From a virus (Duplodnaviria; Caudoviricetes), in IMG/VR virus record IMGVR_UViG_3300020576_007701: a stretch of DNA of 64,000 nucleotides; one strand, written 5' to 3'. The position numbers and the translations under genes are program-made. Below are positions 1 to 10,287 of this stretch, piece by piece (the first letter of the stretch is position 1; every line of letters begins with the position of its first letter). The notes under the pieces were generated by a model. It ran no database searches, had not been told where the DNA came from, and saw nothing but the letters and a program-made list of their open reading frames with translations.

Positions 1-336
1 ACCTCCAGTTGGAGTTGCTGTAGTAAATCTTTGTAATCCCAATGTACCAGGAACTAAAGCAGATGTTCCAACTGTTGCTATCCCAATGTTAACTCTAAAC
101 TTATTAACATACGCTTTTCTAGATGAACCAGTTGAAAGTCTTGCTGACATAAGCGTTGTACCTGATGCCAATGAAGCTGCAACAACAGCACTTGCACTTC
201 CAGTAACCGAATAATAACCTCCAGACGTTCCACCAGATGGCGGCCATGCTGGCGTACCACGTGTAACCACTAAAGCATCTCTATTATTTACTTCCGCTGT
301 ATAAAATGTGTTTCCTAAACCAAAAATCTGTATCAT
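1..336 (-). CDS. Putative fibre-associated/tip virion protein, runs off the left end of the window (not in ORF track)
   Basis: ATG at 336, open to base 1: MIQIFGLGNTFYTAEVNNRDALVVTRGTPAWPPSGGTSGG...; N-terminus resembles those of 7360-8802 and 8806-10251. Confidence 0.7.
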   Translation of the reverse strand, partial: MIQIFGLGNTFYTAEVNNRDALVVTRGTPAWPPSGGTSGGYYSVTGSASAVVAASLASGTTLMSARLSTGSSRKAYVNKFRVNIGIATVGTSALVPGTLGLQRFTTATPTGG

Positions 337-348
337 AATATTATTTTT

Positions 349-3300
349 TTAATATGAAATTGTATAATTAACTTTATATGAACCATATGTGCCTCTTGGA
401 CAATATCCCACAATATCAAAACCAACACCTGTCACAAGATTTCCAGACGCAATTCTAACATCTTCCAATAATATTTCTTCAGCTGTAGGATGATCAGTAG
501 AATAATCTCCCACAAGAACAGCTATTATTTTTGAAGTTCCTGAAACGATACTGGTATCTGAAATAGTAACAGAAGTTAATGTTTGCCTACTTGTAATTGG
601 TCCAAAATTTAATGTTGCCTGTGAAATTGTTGGAGCTCCAGCTGTAGCTCTAATGGTAACAGTGTCACCACTTATAAAAGTAATGTTTGTTCCAGCACTT
701 AAAGTTCTAAATTCTAAATCGACACCTGTTTTTTGTTTAAACAACGTTACAAGAGCACTTGCTCCTAATGGTCCACCATTTACATTACTTGCTGTATTTA
801 TTTCTCCAGAACCACCACCAGCTAAATTTGAAATAGCTTGTGCAAGTGTTGTTGTACCAGACCAATATGTTTGACCAGTTATTGTTGACGCTGAGAAACT
901 AGAAGCTGTTGTTGCTTGTAAACTAGATGCACCTGATGCAATAATTCCAGTTACAGATGGTGATGCTATAATAGAAACTATTGGAGCATTTGGTGTTCCA
1001 CCTGTTGTAATATTACTTCCAGCTTGAATTCTTGTTGAGAACCTATCAATGATTGTGGCCATTGATGTTGTTGCTGAAAACAATGTTGTAGCACTTACAG
1101 TTGTCGAAGATAAAGTTGTTGAAGTAATTCCAGCGAATTGGCCAGCACCAGATAATGTCAACGCATTAAGCGAAGGTGATGCAACAACACTTATTATTGG
1201 AGCTGCTGCAGTTCCACCTGTTGCGATATTACTTCCTGCTTGCACAGCAGAATCAACAACTGAGGCGGCTGCATTCGCAATAGAAATTATTGTGGTTGAC
1301 AAATTTGTTGTTCCTGAAAACAATGTTGTAGCACTTACAGTTGTTGCACTTAAACCTGTTGATGTAACACCCGCAAACTGACCTGCGCCTGATAATGTCA
1401 GCGCATTTAATGAAGGTGATGCAACAACACTTATTATTGGAGCTGCCGCAGTTCCACCTGTTGCAATATTGCTTCCTGCTTGCACAGCAGAATCAACAGC
1501 TGATGCAGCCGCATTCGCAATGGATATAATTGTGGTTGACAAGTTTGTCGCACCAGAATAAATTGTGCCACCACTTAAAGTTGTTGCACTCAAACCTGTT
1601 GATGTAACACCAGCAAACTGACCAGCACCAGATAAAGTCAATGCATTTAAACTTGGTGACGCAGTCACACTTATAGTTGGCGCAGTTTGTGTTCCACCAG
1701 TTGTAATATTTGAGCCAGCATTAACAGATAAAACAACATTTTGTACAGCCAACGTTGGAGCATTCGCAGTTCCACCTGTTACGATTGTTGCACTCCCTTG
1801 CACTCTTGTAAAATCTCCAGTCGCTGCAGCAATGTTTATTATTGTTGTGCTTAAATTTGTTGTACCAGAAAATAATGTTGTTGCGGAAACAGATGTTCCA
1901 GATACACTTGTTGCAGTAACACCAGCAAACTGGCCTGCACCTGATAAAGTCAATGCGTTAAGCGAAGGTGATGCAACAACAGAAACAGTTGGAGTTGTTT
2001 GTGTTCCACCAGTTGAAATGTTAGAACCTGCTTGTACAGCAGTTGCAGATCCAGAGCTAGTCGCTTGAATTGTTATTGTATCACCTGTAATAAATGAAAT
2101 ATTTGTACCAGCGCTGAACATTCTAAACTCAAGATCAACTAATGTCTTCTGTTTAAACCAGGCGGCTGTTGTTGCAATTACTGTACTTGTTCCGCCTGTG
2201 TTGCTTGCTGTGTTTGCTTCACCAGATGTACCAGTAGTAGCAAAAATATTATATAAATTTGTTGCTCCAGAAAATAAAGTTCCACCAGAAATTGTTGCAC
2301 CACTTATTGATGTTGCAGTAACACCAGCAAATTGGCCAGCACCTGATAAAGTCAAAGCATTAAGCGAAGGTGATGCAACAACGCTTATTGTTGGAGCTGC
2401 TGCAGTTCCACCTGTTGCGATATTACTTCCTGCTTGTACAGCAGTGTCAACAGCTGACGCAGCCGCATTTGCAATAGAAATTATTGTTGTTGACAAGTTT
2501 GTTGTTCCAGAAAACAATGTTGTAGCACTTACAGTTGTTGCACTTAAACCAGTTGATGTGACACCAGCAAATTGTCCAGCGCCTGATAACGTCAACGCAT
2601 TTAAACTTGGTGACGCAACAACAGAAATCGTTGGAGCTGCTGCAGTTCCGCCAGTTGCGATATTTGATCCTGCTTGTACAGCAGAATCAACAGCTGATGC
2701 AGCTGCATTCGCAATAGTTATAATCGTTGTACTTAAATTTGTTGTTCCAGAAAATAATGTTGTTGCACTTACAGTTGTTGCACTTAAACCTGTTGATGTG
2801 ACTCCAGCAAATTGTCCAGCACCAGACAAAGTCAACGCATTTAACGAAGGTGATGCAACAACAGAAACAGTTGGAGCTGTTTGTGTTCCACCAGTTGTGA
2901 TATTAGAACCAGCGTTAACAGATAAAACAACATTTTGCACAGCCAATGTTGGAGCATTCGCAGTTCCACCCGTTACAATTGTTGCACTCCCTTGCACTCT
3001 TGTAAAATCTCCAGTCGCTGCAGCCACATTTATTATTGTGGTTGACAAGTTTGTCACACCAGAAAATAGTGTTGTGGCACTTACAGTTGTTGCACTTAAA
3101 CCAGTTGATGTAACGCCAGCAAACTGACCTGCACCAGATAATGTCAACGCATTTAAACTTGGCGAAGCAACAACAGAAATTATTGGAGCTGATGCAGTTC
3201 CACCTGTTGCAATATTATTTCCTGCTTGTACAGCCGAATCAACAGCTGATGCAGCTGCATTCGCAATAGAAATTATTGTACTACTTAGATTGGTTGCACC

Positions 3301-6267
3301 TGAATAAATTGTGCCACCACTTACAGTTGTTGCACTTAAACTAGTTGATGTAACGCCAGCAAACTGACCTGCGCCAGATAATGTCAATGCGTTAAGCGAA
3401 GGTGATGCAACAACACTTATTATTGGAGCGGCTGCAGTTCCACCAGTTGAAATGTTAGAACCTGCTTGTACAGCAGAATCAACAGCTGAAGCGGCTGCAT
3501 TCGCAATGGATATAATTGTGGTTGACAAGTTTGTTGCACCCGAATAAATGGTTCCACCACTTAAAGTTGTTGCACTCAAACTTGTTGATGTAACACCAGC
3601 AAACTGACCAGCACCAGATAAAGTCAATGCATTTAAACTTGGCGATGCAACAACACTTATTATTGGAGCTGACGCAGTTCCGCCAGTTGTAATGTTGCTT
3701 CCTGCATTTACTGAATTTACAACCAACTCTGGCCTTGCGAATATCAAATAAAGATTTGTCGCACCTGAATAAATAGTTCCACCACTTACAGTTGTCGAAG
3801 ATAAACTTGTTGCAGTAACGCCAGCAAATTGGCCAGCACCTGATAATGTCAGCGCATTTAAACTTGGCGATGCAACAACACTTATTGTTGGAGCTGCTGC
3901 AGTTCCACCAGTTGCGATATTTGATCCTGCTTGTACAGCAGAATCAACAGCTGAAGCAGCTGCATTCGCAATAGATATAATCGTTGTGCTTAAATTTGTT
4001 GTTCCTGAAAACAATGTTGTGGCACTTACAGTTGTTGCACTTAATCCAGTTGATGTAACACCTGCAAACTGACCTGCGCCAGACAATGTCAATGCATTTA
4101 AACTTGGTGATGCAACAACACTTATTATCGGCGCACTTGCAGTTCCACCTGTTGCGATATTACTTCCTGCTTGTACAGCCGAATCAACAGCTGATGCAGC
4201 TGCATTCGCAATGGATATAATTGTTGTACTTAAATTTGTTGCACCCGAATAAATGGTTCCACCACTTAAAGTTGTTGCACTCAAACTTGTTGATGTAATA
4301 CCTGCAAACTGGCCAGCACCTGATAACGTCAATGCGTTTAAACTTGGTGAAGCAACAACACTTATCGTTGGAGCTGTGGAAGTTCCACCAGTTACGATAT
4401 TTGTTCCTGCGTTTATTGCATTAACAGTTAATTCTGGACGCTGAAAAATATTATAAAGATTTGTTGCGCCAGAATAAATTGTACCACCACTTAAAGTTGT
4501 TGCACTTAATCCAGTTGATGTGACTCCAGCAAATTGACCAGCGCCTGATAACGTCAATGCGTTTAATGAAGGTGATGCAACAACACTTATTGTTGGTGCA
4601 TTTGCAGTTCCACCTGTTGCAATATTACTTCCTGCTTGTACAGCCGAATCAACAGCTGATGCAGCTGCATTCGCAATGGATATAATTGTTGTACTTAAAT
4701 TTGTTGCTCCAGAATAAATGGTTCCACCAGAAATTGTTGCGCCAGAAAAGTTTTGAGCAAGATTTATAGTTGGCGCATTTGCAGTGCCACCTGTAGTTAT
4801 AAAATTGCTTACCTGAACTCTTGTGAAATCTCCAGCCGCATTCGCAATAGATATAATCGTTGTGCTTAAATTTGTTGTTCCTGAAAACAATGTTGTGGCA
4901 CTCACAGTTGTTGCACTTAATCCAGTTGATGTTACACCTGCAAACTGGCCAGCACCTGACAATGTCAACGCATTTAACGAAGGAGATGCAACAACACTTA
5001 TTATTGGAGCTGCTGCAGTTCCACCAGTTGTAATGTTGCTTCCTGCATTTACTGAATTCACAACCAACTCTGGTCTTGCAAATATCGAATATAAATTCGT
5101 TGCACCAGAATATAATGTCCCAGCACTTAAAGTCGTTGCACTTAATCCAGTTGATGTAACACCAGCAAACTGACCTGCGCCAGACAATGTCAATGCATTA
5201 AGTGAAGGCGATGCAACAACAGAAACAGTTGGAGCTGTTTGTGTTCCACCAGTTGTGATATTCGATCCTGCTTGAACAGCTGTTGCAGACCCAGAACTTG
5301 TTGCCTGAATTGTGATTGTATCACCAGTAATAAATGAAATGTTTGTGCCAGCACTCAGCATTCTCATTTCGAGAATAACCCCAGTTTTTTGTTTAAATAC
5401 ACCAGCTGTTGTTGATACAACTGTGCTTGTTCCACCTATATTTTCAGCAGTGTTTGCTTCACCAGATGAACCAGATGTAGCGAAAATATTATATAGATTT
5501 GTGCCACCAGAATATAATGTACCAGCACTTAAAGTCGTTGCACTTAATCCAGTTGATGTAACTCCTGCAAATTGGCCAGCACCTGATAACGTCAATGCAT
5601 TTAAACTTGGTGATGCAACAACACTTATTATCGGCGCACTTGCAGTTCCACCTGTTACAATGTTAGAACCTGCTTGTACAGCCGTGTCAACAGCTGACGC
5701 AGCTGCATTCGCAATAGAAATTATTGTGGTTGATAAGTTTGTTGTTCCTGAAAACAATGTTGTGGCAGATAAAGATGTTGCACTTAAATAAGAAAGCGTA
5801 GCCGCAGAAATATTAACTGTAGGAGCATCTGAAGTTCCACCAGTATAAATATTTAAACCTGGTTGAACATAAGTAGAAGCTCCGCCAATAGTTCCAATAC
5901 CAGCAAAAATATCATAAAGATTTGTGGAACCAGAATAAATGGTTCCACCAGAAATTGTTGTGGCGCTTAAATAAGAAAGTGTGGCAGCTGAAATGTTTAC
6001 AGTAGGACTTGTAGATGTCCCTCCAGTGTATGTGTTTAAACCATTTCTTATAAATGTGGTTGCACCTGAACCAATTGCTCCTATTGGAGCGAATATATTA
6101 TTTAGATCAGCTGAACCAATGTAAATTGTGTCAGCTGAAAAATTACCATTTACATAAAGCGACCTTGTATCTCCAGAACCATCTAAAACTGTATTTCCAG
6201 TTGTGATTTGAAGAAGTCTCGGATATGTTTCTGATATGAATTGGTCATATAAAGAATATTGATTCAC
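349..6267 (-). CDS. Giant Ser/Thr/Gly/Ala-rich repeat fibre protein (1972 aa)
   Basis: About 17 copies of SPSLNALTLSGAGQFAG within ~80-aa units, 3 copies of a GExNT..KQKT..LSAGTNI module, small C-terminal domain; located in virion gene block; GTG start. Confidence 0.75.
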   Translation of the reverse strand: MNQYSLYDQFISETYPRLLQITTGNTVLDGSGDTRSLYVNGNFSADTIYIGSADLNNIFAPIGAIGSGATTFIRNGLNTYTGGTSTSPTVNISAATLSYLSATTISGGTIYSGSTNLYDIFAGIGTIGGASTYVQPGLNIYTGGTSDAPTVNISAATLSYLSATSLSATTLFSGTTNLSTTIISIANAAASAVDTAVQAGSNIVTGGTASAPIISVVASPSLNALTLSGAGQFAGVTSTGLSATTLSAGTLYSGGTNLYNIFATSGSSGEANTAENIGGTSTVVSTTAGVFKQKTGVILEMRMLSAGTNISFITGDTITIQATSSGSATAVQAGSNITTGGTQTAPTVSVVASPSLNALTLSGAGQFAGVTSTGLSATTLSAGTLYSGATNLYSIFARPELVVNSVNAGSNITTGGTAAAPIISVVASPSLNALTLSGAGQFAGVTSTGLSATTVSATTLFSGTTNLSTTIISIANAAGDFTRVQVSNFITTGGTANAPTINLAQNFSGATISGGTIYSGATNLSTTIISIANAAASAVDSAVQAGSNIATGGTANAPTISVVASPSLNALTLSGAGQFAGVTSTGLSATTLSGGTIYSGATNLYNIFQRPELTVNAINAGTNIVTGGTSTAPTISVVASPSLNALTLSGAGQFAGITSTSLSATTLSGGTIYSGATNLSTTIISIANAAASAVDSAVQAGSNIATGGTASAPIISVVASPSLNALTLSGAGQFAGVTSTGLSATTVSATTLFSGTTNLSTTIISIANAAASAVDSAVQAGSNIATGGTAAAPTISVVASPSLNALTLSGAGQFAGVTATSLSSTTVSGGTIYSGATNLYLIFARPELVVNSVNAGSNITTGGTASAPIISVVASPSLNALTLSGAGQFAGVTSTSLSATTLSGGTIYSGATNLSTTIISIANAAASAVDSAVQAGSNISTGGTAAAPIISVVASPSLNALTLSGAGQFAGVTSTSLSATTVSGGTIYSGATNLSSTIISIANAAASAVDSAVQAGNNIATGGTASAPIISVVASPSLNALTLSGAGQFAGVTSTGLSATTVSATTLFSGVTNLSTTIINVAAATGDFTRVQGSATIVTGGTANAPTLAVQNVVLSVNAGSNITTGGTQTAPTVSVVASPSLNALTLSGAGQFAGVTSTGLSATTVSATTLFSGTTNLSTTIITIANAAASAVDSAVQAGSNIATGGTAAAPTISVVASPSLNALTLSGAGQFAGVTSTGLSATTVSATTLFSGTTNLSTTIISIANAAASAVDTAVQAGSNIATGGTAAAPTISVVASPSLNALTLSGAGQFAGVTATSISGATISGGTLFSGATNLYNIFATTGTSGEANTASNTGGTSTVIATTAAWFKQKTLVDLEFRMFSAGTNISFITGDTITIQATSSGSATAVQAGSNISTGGTQTTPTVSVVASPSLNALTLSGAGQFAGVTATSVSGTSVSATTLFSGTTNLSTTIINIAAATGDFTRVQGSATIVTGGTANAPTLAVQNVVLSVNAGSNITTGGTQTAPTISVTASPSLNALTLSGAGQFAGVTSTGLSATTLSGGTIYSGATNLSTTIISIANAAASAVDSAVQAGSNIATGGTAAAPIISVVASPSLNALTLSGAGQFAGVTSTGLSATTVSATTLFSGTTNLSTTIISIANAAASVVDSAVQAGSNIATGGTAAAPIISVVASPSLNALTLSGAGQFAGITSTTLSSTTVSATTLFSATTSMATIIDRFSTRIQAGSNITTGGTPNAPIVSIIASPSVTGIIASGASSLQATTASSFSASTITGQTYWSGTTTLAQAISNLAGGGSGEINTASNVNGGPLGASALVTLFKQKTGVDLEFRTLSAGTNITFISGDTVTIRATAGAPTISQATLNFGPITSRQTLTSVTISDTSIVSGTSKIIAVLVGDYSTDHPTAEEILLEDVRIASGNLVTGVGFDIVGYCPRGTYGSYKVNYTISY
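1050..5760. repeat. Intragenic tandem repeat, ~240-bp (80-aa) unit with variant linkers
   Basis: 240-bp period visible at 1141/1381/1621; protein nearly invariant, DNA synonymously diverged; boundaries approximate. Confidence 0.9.
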
Positions 6268-6288
6268 CTTTAAACATTAAAATTAATC

Positions 6289-6912
6289 TTACTTGCTTAT
6301 AAAATCAATGATATTTCTTACAAATAATTTTTTGTTTTCGTAGCTATCAATCTTATATTTATTGGCAGTTTCAGTTATAATTTTTTCAAATTTTTTCTCA
6401 TTTTCTTTGAAATTGCTTAAAGAAATTTTATTTTCTTTTAATTTTCTTACAGCTTCTTGCACACTTCCTTCATTCAAAGAATTACTTATTTCTTTTTGTA
6501 TAACAGAACCTATATCTTCTTTAATATTTTTTTGAGTAGATTCTGGGATTTGCGTTACAACAACTCTTGGTTTATTATTCAATAAAATGTTTTCTTTTGG
6601 TTTTTCTTTAACCTCAACTGTTACACTCTTGCTTTTTTTAACAGTGAAATTATCTTCCCAAGGTGTAAAAAACGAATCATCAGCAACAACCTCAAGACGC
6701 ACAGTTCCTTCTTCTCCTTCGTTTAAAATATTTAATTTACTGATATCAATTGTGCATTGACCATCATCATCAACATTTCCATAAAAAACCAAGTTCCAAT
6801 TCTTACTCTCCAAAACCAATCTGGCTTTTGTAGAAGTAGCTGGAGGCCCATCTTCATTCACAACTTTGACATTACACTCAAAGAGTTTTGTTTTATCTGT
6901 ATATACTATCAT
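6289..6912 (-). CDS. Hypothetical virion-cluster protein (beta-rich N-terminus, charged C-terminus)
   Basis: 207-aa ORF overlapping the stop of 6909-7301. Confidence 0.6.
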   Translation of the reverse strand: MIVYTDKTKLFECNVKVVNEDGPPATSTKARLVLESKNWNLVFYGNVDDDGQCTIDISKLNILNEGEEGTVRLEVVADDSFFTPWEDNFTVKKSKSVTVEVKEKPKENILLNNKPRVVVTQIPESTQKNIKEDIGSVIQKEISNSLNEGSVQEAVRKLKENKISLSNFKENEKKFEKIITETANKYKIDSYENKKLFVRNIIDFISK

Positions 6913-7301
6913 TTTATTACAACATTTTTAATTTCTACTCTCATTTTATTTTTAGAAACATTTTTAAGTTTCCACTTTACCTGATCTGGGTCCAAATCTA
7001 TTTTTTTTACTTCAGTAATTACATATTCACCCATTTCAACTTTGAGTTTTTTATCTATGTAATTAGTTTGTTCAAAAACATCTTCATCCACAACACAAAT
7101 AAGTTTAATGTATTTAAGCTTTTTTGGTTTCCAAACCAATTTTTCTTTATCAACTTGCCTCCTTTGGGGACGCATTCTGACAAATGCATTGGTTGGACGA
7201 CCACTTTCTTCTTGAACAGCTGTGATCTCAACCACATGATTCCAATAATAAGGATTGTTACTCCATACTATATCGTTATCTGTCCAACGAATGTCTCTCA
7301 T
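6909..7301 (-). CDS. Hypothetical protein with Trp-spaced N-terminus
   Basis: 130-aa ORF; TATTTAT motif just upstream of ATG. Confidence 0.6.
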   Translation of the reverse strand: MRDIRWTDNDIVWSNNPYYWNHVVEITAVQEESGRPTNAFVRMRPQRRQVDKEKLVWKPKKLKYIKLICVVDEDVFEQTNYIDKKLKVEMGEYVITEVKKIDLDPDQVKWKLKNVSKNKMRVEIKNVVIK

Positions 7302-7359
7302 TACATTTTTTAAATAAATAGTTAGGTATTTTGATTTATACTGTTAAAAACAGCATAAA

Positions 7360-8802
7360 TTAGTCGAAATAGCCATTGATCATAACCAAACCTCGATATA
7401 CTAAATTAGCTGTCGCATCAGCAACTGGCATTTTTAATATTATATGGCAATAAGTCCCAGGTTCAACCAATAAAGGCGAAACAAACTCAGAAGTTATTCT
7501 TGGTTGAGCTGTGCTTCCAACAATTGATGTTGCTGACATAGATTGATATCCTAATCCAACTTTTCTTGAAGCTCTTGTTCCAGTTGTTAAATCATCTTGA
7601 GTAGATAAATCTATGGAAGTTCCTCCAACACCAATATACCATTGAAATAAATTTGAATTTGCTCCAACTGTTGCGCCAGAAGAGAATGTGTCTATAGAAA
7701 CACCTTGAATAATCAAATTTCTACCTCCTATGGTAGCTGTTCCAGCTGGATTTAAATAAGCAAATAAAATATTGTCCACTTCAGAACCAGTATAAGCAGA
7801 AAAGAAAAATTGGCCTCCCAATTCAGCATACCCAGAATTTGTATTATCTAATGTTACAAGATTTGGTTGAATACTGTTTGCAATGTTTGCTGTTGTTGTA
7901 CCAGAGGTATTGGCTTGAACAGCTTGACCATCTGGCGCAGAGATAGAATTCCAGCCGTTTCCAATCATTGCTGTTGACCAATTTCTTCCATCTCTACAAT
8001 CTGAAAATAAAACAGAAACTTGAGAGACATTTAATTGTATTGCTGAAGGCACTGTTCCAGTATTTCTATTTCTTAAAAACAAATGCAATGAATTAGATAA
8101 AGATGTTGTTCCAGTAAATGTTTGAGGTGTTATTCTAGTAATCATAACATTATTAACCCAAAATTCAACTGAATTCATATTTATACCTAGCAAATAATCA
8201 TACACAGTATTTGCGACTGGTGTATGAATGTTTACAGAATACATTTCATAACCACCTTGATTTACAACTCCATATAATGTACCTCCTGAAGCTCTAAAAA
8301 ATATCCCATCAGTAATGGTTGCAGCTGTTAATACTATACCAAGACCAAATTCAATAATACTATTCGACTGAAGAGTTGTTGAAAAACTTGTTTCTATATT
8401 TACATATGTTGGAGTTGCTCCATAAAGAGAAAAAGTTCTAAAAGTTTTAACAAGTGAATAATCTCCACTTGTTACGCTATTTCCAGCGTTAAGATTTAAT
8501 TTTGTGTCAACTGTAACTGTTTGATTTGTTGTTGTAACATTATATTTAGCATTGTTTAAAACTGGATAATTAAATTTATCTTGCCAAATTATATCTTCGA
8601 AATTTCTAACAGTTCTATAATCTTGAGAAAGTAGTAAAGATCGTATTGTTTTACTACCCATTATAGAACCATCATCTGCCTCTAATACAGCAACAATATA
8701 ACCAGATGTTTCAATATCCGAAGGCATATTAACAAACAACGCATTGTTTGCATCAACATTTACCTCATCGGTTGAATCTCCGCTTTTAATTACAAAACTC
8801 AT
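7360..8802 (-). CDS. Putative fibre tip/receptor-binding protein with lectin-like beta-sandwich, paralogue B
   Basis: Collinear similarity with 8806-10251 (IEFGLG, DGxFFRA, PLLVEPGTYCHIILKMPV). Confidence 0.55.
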   Translation of the reverse strand: MSFVIKSGDSTDEVNVDANNALFVNMPSDIETSGYIVAVLEADDGSIMGSKTIRSLLLSQDYRTVRNFEDIIWQDKFNYPVLNNAKYNVTTTNQTVTVDTKLNLNAGNSVTSGDYSLVKTFRTFSLYGATPTYVNIETSFSTTLQSNSIIEFGLGIVLTAATITDGIFFRASGGTLYGVVNQGGYEMYSVNIHTPVANTVYDYLLGINMNSVEFWVNNVMITRITPQTFTGTTSLSNSLHLFLRNRNTGTVPSAIQLNVSQVSVLFSDCRDGRNWSTAMIGNGWNSISAPDGQAVQANTSGTTTANIANSIQPNLVTLDNTNSGYAELGGQFFFSAYTGSEVDNILFAYLNPAGTATIGGRNLIIQGVSIDTFSSGATVGANSNLFQWYIGVGGTSIDLSTQDDLTTGTRASRKVGLGYQSMSATSIVGSTAQPRITSEFVSPLLVEPGTYCHIILKMPVADATANLVYRGLVMINGYFD

Positions 8803-8805
8803 TTT

Positions 8806-10251
8806 TTAGTCCCAATAACCGTTTATATTTACAAGACCTCTCAAAACTTGAGATGCTGTTGCTGTGCCAACTGGCATTTTTAAAATTATGTGGCAATAAG
8901 TTCCAGGCTCAACCAATAAAGGCGATCTAAATGTGGAATCTAAACTTGGAGTTGCCATAGCACCAATTGGAGCACCAACTATAAGCGACTGAACTCCAAG
9001 ACCTAATTTTCTTGATGCCCTTGAACCAGCTGTTAATGAATCCGCCGTTGCTAAAGTAACAGCGGTTCCACCAACACCTATATACCATACAAAAATAGTT
9101 GGGGTTGTTGCAACCGCAGCTCCAGTGTTAACTGTGTCAATCTTTACACCAGTAATAACAAGATTTTTTCCAGGAACCGCAGAAGTTGCTGCTGGATTTA
9201 AAAACGCAAACAAAGCATAATCCGTTTCTGCGCCACCTACTGCAGCGAATTGAAATTGTCCTCCAAGACGAGCATAACCAGCTGTGGTATTTGAAAGTGT
9301 TGCAGAAATTGGCGGTACACTATTTGAAATATTTGCTGTTGTTGTACCAGAGGTATTGGCTTGAACAGCTTGACCATCTGGCGCAGAAATAGAAGATTGA
9401 CCATTTTCAATCATTGTAGTTGGCCAATCTCTTCCACTATCCATATCACCCAATGTTATACCAAATTGAGCCAAATTAAATTGTACAGCTGTTGTTGGAA
9501 CTCCAGAATTATAATTTCTCAACAATAAAGGAAGAGAGTTAGAGGCTGTTGGTGAACCAAGACCCGCTGGAACAGGTATATTTGCCACTATTGAATCATT
9601 TACCCAAAATGTACATCTGTCTTGACCAATTGTAATTGCATAATGATACACAGTTCCAGCTACTGGAGTATGAATATTTGATGCTACGGTCTCAGCACCA
9701 GCATTATTCATAACAGCATTTAATTGTCCACCTACAGCTCTAAAAAACACACCATCTGTTGGAGCAGCTGTAGTTGCTGCAAAACCAAGACCAAACTCTA
9801 TTACACTATTTGTTTGTAAAACAGCTGAAAACTTGGCTTTAAAATCAATATAAAGAGGGTATGTGTTGAAAATAGAAAAGTTTCTAAAAGTTTGCACCCT
9901 AGCAACGTTACCAGATGCTGTTGCATTACCAGCATTTAAGTTTAAAAATCCACCCGCTACAGTCGCAGTCATGGTTGATGTGACTGTAATATATTTTGCG
10001 TTGTTTATTACAGCATGGTTAAATGTATCTTGAAAAATTATGGTATCTGTTCCAGTTCTAAGCCTATAATCCTGTGAAACGTCCATGGGTCTTACAACTT
10101 TACTTCCAGTAATTACTCCATCATCAACTTCACCAACAATAGAAGCATATCCAGATCCAGATAAGATTGTTGGAAGGTTTACTTTTAAGTTATTGTTTGA
10201 ATCTACATCTGCTAAAATATTAGATGCTCCACCTTTTAATATTACACTCAT
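8806..10251 (-). CDS. Putative fibre tip/receptor-binding protein with lectin-like beta-sandwich, paralogue A
   Basis: Tandem paralogue of 7360-8802; directly follows the 1446-aa fibre gene. Confidence 0.55.
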   Translation of the reverse strand: MSVILKGGASNILADVDSNNNLKVNLPTILSGSGYASIVGEVDDGVITGSKVVRPMDVSQDYRLRTGTDTIIFQDTFNHAVINNAKYITVTSTMTATVAGGFLNLNAGNATASGNVARVQTFRNFSIFNTYPLYIDFKAKFSAVLQTNSVIEFGLGFAATTAAPTDGVFFRAVGGQLNAVMNNAGAETVASNIHTPVAGTVYHYAITIGQDRCTFWVNDSIVANIPVPAGLGSPTASNSLPLLLRNYNSGVPTTAVQFNLAQFGITLGDMDSGRDWPTTMIENGQSSISAPDGQAVQANTSGTTTANISNSVPPISATLSNTTAGYARLGGQFQFAAVGGAETDYALFAFLNPAATSAVPGKNLVITGVKIDTVNTGAAVATTPTIFVWYIGVGGTAVTLATADSLTAGSRASRKLGLGVQSLIVGAPIGAMATPSLDSTFRSPLLVEPGTYCHIILKMPVGTATASQVLRGLVNINGYWD

Positions 10252-10287
10252 ATTGCGTTTTTGTTATAAATATTGTCAAAATTTTTT

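Noticed and set aside
78-260. 60-aa minus-strand ORF in the track
   Set aside because: Out of frame within the longer open frame 336 to 1, which resembles the tip proteins.
7360-10251. Diversity-generating retroelement template/variable pair
   Set aside because: Both copies are coding, differences are not adenine-specific, and no reverse transcriptase is in the window.
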